Under the pieces are notes generated by a model. That model was given only the letters and a program-made list of their open reading frames with translations, ran no database searches and was not told the origin of the DNA. A DNA stretch of 64,000 bases from Schmidtea polychroa. Lineage: Eukaryota. A program made the position numbers and the translations under genes. The stretch lies in NCBI GenBank assembly GCA_044892525.1, contig CM097885.1, forward strand, positions 241,738,001 to 241,802,000. The letters run 5' to 3'. Shown piece after piece: positions 23,735 through 37,400 of the stretch (the stretch's first letter is position 1; the number at the start of each line of letters is the position of its first letter).

Positions 23735-26281
23735 CAGTGTTTCCCAAACTTTTGGTACTGCGTACCACCTTGATCGTTTTCATTATATAATTTGCTTTAA
23801 AATTTTATATAATGATTAAATTTTTTTATAATATCTTTTTTAAAATATACGACCTTTAAATTAATAGCATTAATGAAAAATTAGATACTTTTATAACTGA
23901 AATATTGTAAAATAAAAAATACTATACTTAATTTATTGTAATTAATGAGAAGGATGAAATTGCTTATGCTCAGATAATAATTCATCATAATTTGGTTCTC
24001 TGTTGGTTAATTTTAATCTTAGATGAGATTCAACATCTAAAAGCCTATTTCTTTTTTCGATTTAATATCTACAAATGTAGAAAAAGCAACTTCACATAAG
24101 TATGATGTTGGAAAAGGAAAGATGCATTTCAGGGCCTTTTCTGATAAAGAAGGATATGTTGATTGCAGGTGTAACCAGAATGATGGCAAAGAGCATTTCA
24201 TATGCTTATTTTTCAAGAAACCATCTGAAAATATTTCTAATAAGCTTTCTTCTTCTGCATATGATAATTCTTCTGGCATCAATGTTATATTAATATCAAA
24301 TGGATATCTTATCCATTCTATATTTTTCTTTAAATCAGGGAAATATTTTTCGAGACCAACTTGCAAATTCTTCAAATGCTGAGCTATACAGCTCAGAATA
24401 TCACCATCAATTGTATTACCCGAATTAATTATAAAATAATGAAGAGATGAAAATGAATCCACTTCTTTATTAAGAATTCGTCTTTGCCAAAACTTTAATT
24501 TTTCTATAGTAGCTTTTACTTTATCGTGAACCTGAAATGTTGAAACTTCTTTGCCTTGCAATGCTAGGTTGAGATAATTTAAAACAGAAAATATATATGC
24601 TAAGTATGCCAATTTACAAAGCCATTTCCAATCATGCAAGCAATTTTTGAGAGTAAATTTGTCATCAAGAAAAGCTAGAAGAAGTTTTCGCCTCTAAGCT
24701 CAAATAATCGATTTACTACTTTTCCTCTCGAAATCCAACGAACATCAGTATGAAAAAGAAGTTGAGTATGGTTACTTCCCATTTCTTCGTATATTTCAGT
24801 AAAAAGCCGTGAAGTTAAAGGTCGGCCTTTAATATAATTTATAATTTGAATACTTTCATCTAAAACTTTCTGCAAATCATTTGGCATTTTCCGTGTTGCT
24901 AATGCTTCTCTATGTATGCAGCAATGTGTAAATATAGAATTTGGTGCTACATTCTGAATTCTTGTAACGAGACCTTTATGAATACCAATTATGCATTTTG
25001 CTCCATTTTATTCCAATCAATTTTATGTTCTAATATAAATTTATTTATAAGATCAAAAATATCTTCTCCTGTTGTGTGGCCTGATGAAGGTTGGCAAATT
25101 GAAAGCTCATCGTGGATTTCCACATATTTTTCAAATCTTATAAAAGCCATAAGATTCGCAAAATTTGCAATATCAGTTGACTCATCAAATTGTAATGCAA
25201 AATAACGACTCTGATAAATATCCAATAATAGCATATTTTTTACATTATTTGACATATCAGTGATTTGTTGATGGACAATATTATTAGAAAGTGTTATTCT
25301 TTGAAAAAGTTGCTTTGCATCATCACCGTTCAATTTTTCAGCCATTGGGTTAGCTGCAGGTTTAATCAGAGTTTCACCAACCGTATCGGCTACACCACAT
25401 TTTGCGATTAAAAGTGAAACCCGATGAGACTTCTACGATTTTTTCATTATCACAACCTCTAAATCCCCGTATTACTTTTTGAGACCGATGTAAATTTTTA
25501 CATAAATTTTCAAAAAAATCAATTGGTTTATCCTTGTATTGATTAGGATTTTTTTCAAAGTGCCTTTTTAAATTTGAAGGCTGTATGCTTTCATTAACTA
25601 GGCTTTGTTCGCAAATAACACATAATGGTGCAGGCTTTTTTTTGATCACCTGCCCATGTAAATCCAAATTTAAGATATTCTTTGTCATATTTACGATTTT
25701 TTTAGTGGATGTTTTAAAATTCGTAGTTGATTCTCTCTGGTTTGATTTGATTTTAAAATCATTATTTTCTCGTTCTTCATTACTTTGATCGTTATTTTCT
25801 GTTAAAGTTCCCGATTTGAGCCAACGATCCATAATGTTAAAATTGGGATATAAAAAAATATTCGGCGTGACTATCAAAATCAATAAGACTTAACAATCTA
25901 AAAAAAAATTTTTCTGGTTAATATCTAAAATTAAAGTTGAAAAGGAATTATTATGAAACAGGTAGTTTAAATTTAAATAAAGATTAAATTTATAAATTAA
26001 TTCTAAAAATAAATTTAAAACGAAGCGATTTACATTTTAATTACATTTATATAAAAGATTTACTTTATGCTTTGATTTTTAAACTTAGTTTATTTTTAAA
26101 AATATATTATTGATTCGAAAATATAAACAATAAATAAAAATCAAGATTATATTTATATTTTTCTGTATTAATAAAATTTTAATAAGACATTTTAATCTAA
26201 TTAATTTTTTTTATTTATCTTTTAAAATTTTAGAGAATAGAATATTGAAAAGACCTGCGTACCCCGGTTTGGGAAACACTG
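23735..26281 (-). mobile_element. Full-length hAT (Buster/Charlie, ZBED5/FAM200-like) transposon, 2547 bp, inactivated
   Basis: Perfect 15-bp TIR cagtgtttcccaaac and perfect 8-bp TSD ATGTATTT. Transposase broken into ORFs 25374-25883, 24989-25345, 24675-24887 and 24037-24639, with a BED-like CVIC..LKRH motif, FALQFDESTD, HTDVRWISRG and FPFPTSYLCEVAFS. Confidence 0.95.
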
Positions 26282-26659
26282 ATGTATTTGAATTCCACAA
26301 AATCTTAGTCACANNNNNNNNNNNNNNNNNNNNNNNNNNNNNNNNNNNNNNNNNNNNNNNNNNNNNNNNNNNNNNNNNNNNNNNNNNNNNNNNNNNNNNN
26401 NNNNNNNNNNNNNNNNNNNNNNNNNNNNNNNNNNNNNNNNNNNNNNNNNNNNNNNNNNNNNNNNNNNNNNNNNNNNNNNNNNNNNNNNNNNNNNNNNNNN
26501 NNNNNNNNNNNNNNNNNNNNNNNNNNNNNNNNNNNNNNNNNNNNNNNNNNNNNNNNNNNNNNNNNNNNNNNNNNNNNNNNNNNNNNNNNNNNNNNNNNNN
26601 NNNNNNNNNNNNNNNNNNNNNNNNNNNNNNNNNATAGAAATTTTATTAACTGTTTAAAA

Positions 26660-27360
26660 TAGTTAATAATATGCCTTCAAATAGGTTACCTTCTAGGTTA
26701 TTGGGTAAAAAATTTTAAAGAAGAAAAATCTCCCTCAACTGTTATATCAGCTGCAAACACTGCGTATACAATTCTAGCTATGCAAATCATTCTTTTTGTT
26801 TTTTTATTGCTTCTCATTACTTCCTCCCATTCGTTGTCTGCTAAGGTCTCACTAATAAATGTTAAAATGTTGAGATGTGCAGCATTACTGATGTTATTAA
26901 AGTTGTTTTCACTTTTGGATTAATATTGTTGTTTTATGCAAAAATGAATTTTTAGCAAATCTGTCTTAGCTTGTTTACTTTGAAAATCATCTAAACTAAT
27001 TTGGAACCTTGGATCCAGGTACATACCATTTCTGATTTTGAGTATTGTTATCATACTTATTGTCCATGTACTTTAAAAATCTTACTAGGTCAATCTTTTC
27101 CTCTGAAACTCAGTAAATTTGCTGGTTCCAAAACAGTTATAATTGTGCTAACAATATCCCAATCATTGGAACTTAAAACACTTTTTTAAAATCGTTTGAA
27201 AATCTTTAGTAAAATTACTTCATCTCTGACTAATCCCAAATAAATTTTATTTATCGAATTCGATCTAGTGATAAAATCCAAAAGATTCAGTGGTTCTTTG
27301 GTTCGGTCCTAGAACCGGTTTGCATCTTTGTCACTCTGAATTTTTTATTTACAGCGTCAT
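26660..27360 (-). mobile_element. Second hAT transposase relic (C-terminal half)
   Basis: ITRSNS (TRWNS-like) near 27260-27280 and IARIVYAVFAADITVEGDFSSLKF (hAT dimerisation domain) near 26720-26790. Confidence 0.7.
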
Positions 27361-27365
27361 TATTA

Positions 27366-27853
27366 GAATTCTTTCAACACCAGCAAACATTCCAATCAGA
27401 GCACGAGTTGAAGATGACAGCAATTTCTTTTGACCACTTGGTAATTTTATAAGTGTTTTTCCAGTTTCAGTGTTATGCGCGAGAACGATAGCTGAATTTT
27501 CACGTGTACAAGCAATATGTCCTCTATCAAGATATGTTCAAGATTGCAGACGACAGTACCTTCTGGGATTGATTGAAGAGGTAAAAAAATTCTCGGCTTT
27601 TTTTCCACAGTATACAAATTGAATAGTTGACATTTCTTTGGCAGCAATAAATGTTTAAATTATTATAAGCATCTTTTAAATTCAACTTGAGCAAATGGGG
27701 CACATCTTCCAGGATCATGGATAATCATGGATCTCTAACACATTTTAAAAATTAATTTCAGCTCTCAATTTAAGTGTTTCTATACAACGCTTGGGATATG
27801 CCTTGAATAATAAATCCCTTGCCTTTTCTTTAATTTAAATTAACTCGATCAAT
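27366..27853 (-). pseudogene. RPL8: 60S ribosomal protein L8 (uL2) pseudogene fragment, N-terminal ~185 codons
   Basis: Frameshifted but clear: xDRVI..RKGKG, IHDPGRCAPFAQVEF, QFVYCGKKA, LQSIPEGTVVCNLE, DRGHIA, HNTETGKTLIKLPSGQKKLLSSSTRALIGMFAGVERI. No intron seen; the C-terminal third is absent. Confidence 0.9.
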
Positions 27854-27919
27854 TTCAATGATACAAATTTCAGTGTTTTATTAGTATAAATGAAGCAACA
27901 ATAGTTTATTCAAAATTTG

Positions 27920-29690
27920 TGTTATGACAATTTTAAATTCAATTAAAAAAATAAGTTCCAAAAGGAACAAAACACACATTGTAAAGGATAAAGCTAAGTG
28001 ACCAATAATATGCACACACACATATATAATACACACATATAAACACAAATATTAAAGGCATGTACACACACGATAAAATCAACAGCATATAAACAGACAC
28101 GCAGACGCGAGTATCAATTTGAGCTCTCATCTGCCGAAACAATCCCAATTTAACTGCATTTTGAATTTATGAAATGTTATATATCTATAAAATTATAAAA
28201 TAAGAAATAGTTCAAAATATATATTCCAATAAATAAGTATTATTGAAACAATTTAAAATTATGTTAATTTTAAATTCTTTATAATAAAAACTTTAAATTA
28301 TAATATATGAATTAAATATAAATTTAATCCATATAACATTCCACTCGCCGACAATCGAAACGGTCTCGTGGGTTTGGATTTCTTGTCTCTATCTTTGGAT
28401 ATATCTTTCTCTTTTATGTTTTAACGCTCGATTTTATTGACCAAATATTGGTATTCTACATCTCGAATTTCTTACCTATGTCCTTGATTACTTTAATTTG
28501 ATTGAAGTTTCTTCTTATTGTTTTCCTTAATTTATCACTATATAGTATAAATGTCCATTTGTTTATTATTTCCTGAATAATAAATGGGCCTACGAATTTC
28601 CTTTCAAAACCTTTTCTGTCTTCGTTTCTAACCATCACTAGGTCTCCAACCCGTGCATCCTTATTCCATTGATTTAAAAATTATATCTTTCTGCAGTTTT
28701 CTTCAAACTTTCTTCAGTAATACGTCTAACTTTCTCTTGAATTGTCTGTATATCTGTCTGTAGTTGTTCTACATAGTCATCATAATTTGTGACTTTCACT
28801 TCTAGTACTCGTGTCGGTCCGATTTGGAGTCTTGCTTTCTTTCCGAATACAATTTCGTATGGGGAATGCGTTATGGTTTTTTGTTTAGTGGTTCTTATTC
28901 CAAATTCTATGGTTGGTAGAATCGTGTTACAATCCCTCGTCTTCTTTATTTCCAACATCGCGCCTATCATACTTTTAGCCATTCAAAACAATCTTTCCAC
29001 CAGACCATCACTTTGAAGATAATATGGTGAAGTAAAGGTTTTTTGTATACCCAAGATTTTACACTATTCGAGAAAAAGTTGTTTCCACAATCCGAGTGTA
29101 TTCTTTCTGGGACACCGAATTTCGATATGCAGTTTCTCCATAGTTCTTGTGCAACCTTCGGTACTTCTGTCGTTGCCATTGATATTAAACTTATATACTT
29201 CGAGAAATAATTGATAATTCCAAGTATATATTTGTAAATCCCCATTGTTGCTTTAAAGGATCCTGTTATGTCGATTCCAATAATCTGGAAAGGTCTTTCA
29301 CCCACAATGTTTTGTAAAGGTGCTTTAACTCACCGTTTAAGATCTTATTATGCAAACGTTCCTTACCGTAACTTTCCGTATCTCTTTATCCATGGCTGGC
29401 CAATAAAATTCATTTTTAATGGCTCCAATTGTCTTTTCAATACATGTATGCCCTAAACAGGAATGAAACTGCCTAATGATGAAATCTCTTTCCGTTCTTG
29501 GTACCACCAATACATATTTATCATCCGGCATATATATAGTAAATCACCTCGCAATCTCCAATGTGTTTTAAGAGCCCATAATTTTTTCAGTTCTTTACTG
29601 CCATTCTTTAAATTACTTGGATTTTCTTCAGTTAAAATATCACCTTTCTCCATCAAATTAATTATAAACCGAATATCTGCTTCCTATTAA
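27920..29690 (-). mobile_element. Gypsy retrotransposon 3' half: integrase relic plus 419-bp 3' LTR (27920-28338)
   Basis: H2C2-type HSCLGHTCIEKT..FYWP; core PFQIIGIDITG...FSKY...FGVPERIHSD; SPYEIVFG; KFVGPF. PPT ggcgagtggaa precedes an LTR bounded by TGTTAT...ATAACA. Confidence 0.9.
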
Positions 29691-30074
29691 TTAATCGATT
29701 GGTATTTAATATTTTAGTTTTACTATTTAGTGTTTCATTATTGGAAATTCATTCCTAATTTCCACAAATCGTGTTTTTCAATTCAAATCGTGGTGCAATA
29801 TCTACCTTTTTGTAATGTTAACTTTTTTGGCGAATTGACTGAAAGATTTGCTTGATTATATATTAAATCTCTGGGACTGGCCATAACCATGATTTATCAA
29901 AACTTATTTCATATTGGTTTTTAATTTGCATCCAAAATTATGTTTCACATAATTCTATATTTAATTTAATATTATCACAATCAATATCTTTATCGACCTT
30001 AACCTATTAAAACAAAATATTTAAATAATCAATTTCAATGATAAAATTATTGTTTTAAGAATCTTCTTTTAACG

Positions 30075-30522
30075 CAGTGTTGTCCATACTGCGTGCCGCG
30101 ACACACAGGTGTGCCGTAAAATTTTTTAAAAAAAAAAGTCAAAAAATCCCTTTTTTTCCAAACAACTTAATAAAAGGAAATTGAATTGTGGATATTTTAA
30201 CAGTTATTTCAAATTTAAATGGTATTCAGTCAATTAAGTACGAAATTTGTTTGTTTACAATCATATTTATATTTCTTACTAGAAATATTGACTATCTAAA
30301 ATACGTATGTTTATTTATGTTTAATTTATGTTTAATTATGTTTATTTAGAATCTTAAATATTAAATAATATTTTTTAGTTTATAAGTTTTTCATTTCTTA
30401 TTAAAAGATTAGTAAAAGTGCAATAAAAAATTGCAAATAAAGCAAAAAAAAATTTAGGTGTGCCGCGAAAATTTTTAATTCAGCCAAGTGTGCCGTGGCT
30501 CAAAAAAGTTTGGGTAACACTG
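30075..30522. mobile_element. hAT (Buster-type) MITE, 448 bp
   Basis: TIRs cagtgttgtccatact / cagtgttacccaaact and perfect 8-bp TSD TTTTAACG. Confidence 0.9.
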
Positions 30523-32132
30523 TTTTAACGGATATTTTTTTGACTTATTTATTTATTTTTAATTAATTTTACTAATAAATTCAGATTAGAAATTCTCTTT
30601 GGCATTTGAATTTCCAATTTTATTAAAAATTTATAGTTTTCAAAAAATGATACATTTTTATTATTAATATACTTTTATAAAATGACAATTAATTAATATT
30701 AATTTTTATTATTATTAATAATAATTTTTATTTTCAATTATTTTATCAGTATGGATAAAATTGTTCCAAATTATTCACGTCAGTGACAACTGAACCATTA
30801 AGAAAATTTCTTGATTATTAAATATTTCATGTTATTATTAAATTTCTTATTATTTTAGAAACTCAGTGTCATTATTAAAATTTATTATGGATGATTTTCA
30901 ATAATTCCACCTCAAATAACAAGAATTTAAAATATAAATTTTTGATAATCTCGAGTTGGGTTTTCTATGCTTCAAAACTCGTCGAATAATATCACATTAA
31001 ATTGTGACATGCATTTATTCAACCAATCAGAATTCGATGTGCCATTTTGACTCATAATTATTTACTTTTGTTAATAAAAATAATTTTTAATTATTTCTAT
31101 AAAAATTAATTATATTTTTTAGGTAATTTAGCAAACGATTCAATGAAATACCAGTGGAATTATGTAAAAGATAAAAACGAAATTCTGTTTTAATAATTGG
31201 ATTTTTTGTTTATCCATAAGCGATATATAATGAGAAATATAATTTTCATAACATTAACAATGTCCTTATTACCAAAACATCTGTCTACCAAAAGAAATGA
31301 TATTTATCTTCTTTGATCACATGCCTCCCTAATGAGTCCATCTACACATACTCTTGCTTTGATATCCGAAAATAAAATTGGGCATTTATAGGCAGTCGTC
31401 ATTAACAATGGAATGAAAATTTCTTGAATTTCGCCTAGAATTATAAAAATGTGATTAAATTACACTGATTTTCTATTATTTACTATGTGAAACCTATGTT
31501 ATTATTTTATTATTGTTTAATAACCAATAACTATATCCGACGCAATGATGTAGATATATTTCATTTTGTCCCGAAATTATATATTTATGTTTTGTGTTAT
31601 AATATAAAAAATATTTTATTGATACTTATTTGTATTTAATATATTTTTTCTCACATTTGTCAAAGGTTTTTAAACAAGTACCAAATAAAAACTCGAATAA
31701 ATAAATTAGTCAAATATCCAAAATAAAATTTTTTATAATATTCGATGGAATTTCAAACGGCACAGTAGATTTAGTAGTAGGGTAGCAAGGGAACTAGGGG
31801 GTCTATTATAACCCAGAAGCCACTAACAAAGAGGCACCAAATGATCCCTGTTGAGTGTTCCGGATATTTTATGTCTTAGATTGTTAGTTTTTATTGGCAG
31901 TTAATGACGAAAAATTTTGTAGAACCCGATAGAGTCACTTATAAAAATATGTGGCGGGACAATCGGGGTGCGTGTATGTAGTGAGTATTACAATACCAAT
32001 AAAAATAAAATCAAAATATAAATATCAAAACGACTAACAAACTATAAACATAAAATTGTAATTTTATTAATGAACATAAGCTACTTTAAATATACCAAGG
32101 AGATTGACTTCGAATACCGATTAGTATAATTC

Positions 32133-32340
32133 TAATTGTCTTTTGTATGACAATCTCTTTGTACGATTATCTTTCCAATTTTCTCTTCGGATAATAATCT
32201 TCTCTAATACAGTCTCACTTTGTTCAATTCTAATTTTCCTTTGTAAGACAATCTCTTTGTACGGTTATATTTTCAATTTTCTATTCAGACAACAATTTGC
32301 TCTGGTACTATCTAGCTTTGTTCGATTCTAATTTTCTTTT
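32133..32340. repeat. Two diverged ~100-bp tandem units
   Basis: The motif gacaatctctttgtacg...ctttgttc.attctaattttc occurs twice, ~98 bp apart. Confidence 0.7.
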
Positions 32341-33599
32341 GTATTCTAATTTATATTTAAAATATATTATTAAAATCTTATTTATTTTTTTAATTATTTT
32401 TAATTTTAATCCTTTATTATTTTGTTTTATTTTCAAAAAGATATTTTTTAAACTTTACTAATCAAATTAATAAAAATTTATTTTAAATTGCTACTTAAAA
32501 GCTTTAAAATAAGAATTTCTGAACTAGTTCTGTAATGATTTCGAACAAAATATAAGTACCTTGATATAAATTACAGCCATTTATTATAGGAAAGTAGAAA
32601 AATAATTCTGTTGAGAAAAATGAAATACAAAAACACATACACTACACATAACAACCCTATAACAAAAATACACATTTGGACAAAAACTATGGGTAGTAAT
32701 CATATATTACGAGCATTTTTAATTATAAAAATTTCCAATTTAAGGAATTTTCAAGTATCTTATCATTTCCCACTTTTCTACATGTAGTAGAGACGCAAAA
32801 AGGGACAATGTAAATTATAATTTATTTAAAATATTCCAATTTAAATTTTTTTGAAATTTGGAAAGTGAACATAAATTACCGGAAATTATGGAAAATATAG
32901 AAGAAAAAGCACTGAAAATGTAATTTATAATTGATATTAAATTTAAAGTTATTTATTTTTAAATACTCAGAAATTCATAAAAAGAATTGATCTCAATTAC
33001 TTCAACCCCACAAATAAAACTTTCCACGAATTATTTGTAATTGAAAACATTTTAGAATACCTTCAAAAATGTATTTAAATGACAACTTAATAAATATTAA
33101 TAAATATTACAAAAATTATTTTGTAATTCATAATAAATAAGAAATAAATACCATAAAAGATCAAAATATTTTGAAAAACATTAGAAAAATGTAAATTTAA
33201 TAAAAATTATAATTTTTTATTTTATATAAATTCCTTTTTTTATATTTAAAATGAGGTTCTTACTTATTGCAAAAGTACATGTGTATGAATTTATTTTCTT
33301 CTCTGCATTTTTCTATTTTTTTACCACCAAAGCGCAATTGATAATCATTTTATAGACATTAAATAAGATAGATCAATTGAATTTTGCTTTGGTTTTAATA
33401 TTAATATTAAATTTAATGTTAAAATTTATGTATTTTAAATGATTTATTTTGAATTTCATTCATTTATTATAACTATTATAAATTATCCTTTAGATTTTAT
33501 GATAAATTTATGATAAAAAAGTGTGTGATTTTTGTTTGAAAATATAACATAAACTATATTTATTTTGATAATATACGAATCTCTAATTTCGGGATATTT

Positions 33600-33680
33600 T
33601 TCGGGACATATATTCATGCTGGACATAGAGTTAGAATCCGATACTGTCCCACATGATCCGGGAGGTATGGTCACCCTACC
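33600..33680 (-). mobile_element. hAT-type element end (TAGGGTGACCA family)
   Basis: Minus strand tagggtgaccatacctcccgg...gggacagt with tcccgaa subterminal repeats. Partner end not found. Confidence 0.55.
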
Positions 33681-34446
33681 CTAGACTAGTAACAGTTAAA
33701 TTGAATCGGGCCAACTATTTAAATGCATTCAGTACCAAGTTATCCCATAAATAATTTAGAGCAATAAAATATGTAATAATAAAAAAGGTATTTGTTAATC
33801 TCAACAGTAATTTCTTTCGTACTGAATCAAGAATAAAGAAATACTTAAAGAATAAAGTTATGTGATAAATAAATTAAATTTATTTATAATAAAATGGTAA
33901 ATTATTAACTATTATTTTAAAATCTAAATAATTCCTGTGAGGTGTTTTCAGCTGAGAATTAAATATTTCAATGATTTATTAAAATAACTTTTAAAAACAT
34001 TTTTAAATTGAATTTTTTGAATTGAAATTTTGAAATTTTGAAATTAAAAAATCTTTTATCATTTTAATCATTTTTAAATAAATATATTTCAAATATCAAA
34101 ATTTTAATAAATGGTTTTTAAAATATTTTATTCAACGCTAAAAATTTGTTTAGAAATTATACAATATTTCATTAAATAAATACTTGGAATTATGACGTTA
34201 ACTTTTGAACCAGATTTAAAAAATAAGTTATAAGATGTGTTAGCAGCTTCTAATAATTCCAATTAATGATATAATAATTATTAACATTACATAAACCTAA
34301 GCAAGTATTTCTAAATTTCAAATGCATTATAAATAAAAATAAATAAAAATATTAATGATTAATGTACACTGAAAAGCTTGTACAAAAATCTCATATTCAT
34401 ATTTTCAAAAATTAATATATTTATATTTGCATTGTTTAATTAGAAA

Positions 34447-37400
34447 CTATGAGTAATTTTTTTCACTCGTCTCACCTTCAATTATTTGTTCAACTTGTAT
34501 TAATTTACCACTCTGGACCATACCAATACTCCTATTTATAATATCCCAAGTTTCAGTCTCTGCTAGTTCTTTACGCATTTGTTCTTCTACTTTGAGAACT
34601 TCAAAACTTTCTTTGTCATCTATCTCTACTAATCGTCGTCTAATTTCTTCGGTTCTTCTATAAGTTTCTTCAAGTCTTCTGTTTACTTCAACTCTTTCAG
34701 GAGCGACTATTTCATTGAATCTTTTATTGGCCTTTCTTCTTAAAATTACTTCTTCTTCGGATTCTATTTCGGTCATCGCTAACTCTATTGTATAACCAAC
34801 AAGTCTTTCGAGAATCGGAATAACTTCAATATAGAAATAATAAACCTAAAATAAAAAGTATTTTGTTACATTTGTTATAAATCCTTATTTTAAATATTTT
34901 ATTAAGATTTTCAGAGATGCACTTTATAAATTCATGCAAATGTAACTCCAGATCCGACAACACAAATATATACAAATATGTTTACATTGTATATTTGTTT
35001 GCCTAGACATGAGACACAATATGATAATTGTGAATGGTTTTCAATAATAACTTATAAATCGTTAGACCATCTAATAGTATTTATTATTATAAATTAATCA
35101 AGAGTAATAATTTTTTAAAATTTTTATAAAATTAAAATTTTTAAATTACTTTTAGTTTCTTATTTAAATAGTTTTGAATGTTTACTATTAGAATTCTTTA
35201 ACAGTCCGATTACGTTGTTTTATTTTAAAAAGAAAAAAAAATTATTTTTTGCCTTATAGTATTAAATATTTGGACTAAATAAATACTTAATATTTTATTA
35301 AATTAAATAAAATAATAATAATAATAATAATGATCAACTAATTAATTTTATTCGCTGTAAATTAAATTAAAATGCTAAATCAACACTGTAGTGCCTTTGA
35401 CTTTCAACTTAAAAAATACATCAATTTAATAATTAAATTTATAATACATTATTGAATTAGTTAAATTAAAATTATTGTTAAAATATTCAAAAAATATTCC
35501 TTTAATTCATATATGCTTCTTTCGAACACTGTCACTGTTTATTCTCATTAAAAATCTATTTAAAAAATGTCAAACATTCGTGAAGCTAAAACTATTGCTT
35601 TCCAAGCTGAGATCTCTCGATTAATGAGTTCGACCATCAACACCTTCTATTCAAACAAAGAAATCTCCCTTAGAGGATTGATTTCCAATGCCAGTGATGT
35701 CCTTGATAAAGTTCGTTACAAGAACTTGACAGACCTATCAGTCTTAGATGGCCAAAAGGATCTAATGATTTAAGTTATTCCAGATAAAGATTCCAATACT
35801 TTGATTTTCTCTTTCTCATAACTTTCAATATCAATTCTTTTTTTTTCCTATTTTTCCTAAAACCCAATATTTCCTCAAAATATTTCCTATTGGTTGCCAT
35901 CTGTAATGTTTTAATTTAGTGAATTTTGATTTGTACAACAATATAACTACCACATAAAACTACAGGTAATCTTTAATTTAACTTGCAGCAAAGTTTTCAT
36001 ATTTTTTGTATCATTTAACGGCATTAACCATAACTCCATAATTCATAAATCCATTCAAAATAATATTAAAACTTGCTTTTAAGACATTTTGCATTTTTTA
36101 AATATTAAATCTGATGTAAATCCTTTTTGGCAATTATTGTTTTCATTTTTATTCACAACTTGACATTTCCATATATATTTAGATTGCTTTCTTTACTGTT
36201 AAATTCATTGCTTTAAAACAATAATTGCATATTTGAATAGTTTTGATAATTTTATTTTCCATGAACCAATATTTTCAACATCACCTAAACCTTTGCTATT
36301 TTTAATTGAACTGTTTAAACTTGTTTATAAAATTATTTTGGTAACTTTCAAGTTTTTTGAAACTTTTATTTTGAATTTTCTATATTATTTTTTGTTCAAA
36401 TTTTTATTATTAAAAAATGCTGATAAAGTATATTGATAAAGATTATTTTGCAATCATAAAATGTCGCTTAATAAAACACACAGAAAAGGTTTGTCAATTA
36501 ATATTTCTTTTATTTCTTTTTTTATTTCTTACTGATTCATAATCAAGCTTAATAAATACAATGTCAATTGAAAAGAAATCAGTTGTGANNNNNNNNNNNN
36601 NNNNNNNNNNNNNNNNNNNNNNNNNNNNNNNNNNNNNNNNNNNNNNNNNNNNNNNNNNNNNNNNNNNNNNNNNNNNNNNNNNNNNNNNNNNNNNNNNNNN
36701 NNNNNNNNNNNNNNNNNNNNNNNNNNNNNNNNNNNNNNNNNNNNNNNNNNNNNNNNNNNNNNNNNNNNNNNNNNNNNNNNNNNNNNNNNNNNNNNNNNNN
36801 NNNNNNNNNNNNNNNNNNNNNNNNNNNNNNNNNNNNNNNNNNNNNNNNNNNNNNNNNNNNNNNNNNNNNNNNNNNNNNNNNNNNNNNNNNNNNNNNNNNN
36901 NNNNNNNNNNNNNNNNNNNNNNNNNNNNNNNNNNNNNNNNNNNNNNNNNNNNNNNNNNNNNNNNNNNNNNNNNNNNNNNNNNNNNNNNNNNTTATTAATT
37001 TCGTCATTAGTTTAACAAATCACAATGTTTTGATAAGGATATGTAACAGGAAATTAGAATTCCTATTTTTGCTTCGATAAAAATCAATTAGTCCAAAACT
37101 CTCGTGGAATATTCGTCTTTATAAAATATTAAATAAATGGCCCCTTACTAAAATCTTCCTTCCTGATGAAACAGCAAATATAATATATTACCTAACAATT
37201 AATTTTTCCTTGAAAATTTATTAAATTCGCGTGAATAAAATTGTGATATTAGAAATGATTGTATATTTTATTTTATGAAAATAAAATGTATTTATTTCCA
37301 AAAAGCAATAATATATTAATCTTATATTTTGTTTTCCTTACTTACAACAAATCCATAATTTTAATTTAATTTAATTTATTGATATTTTGTCATTCGGAAA

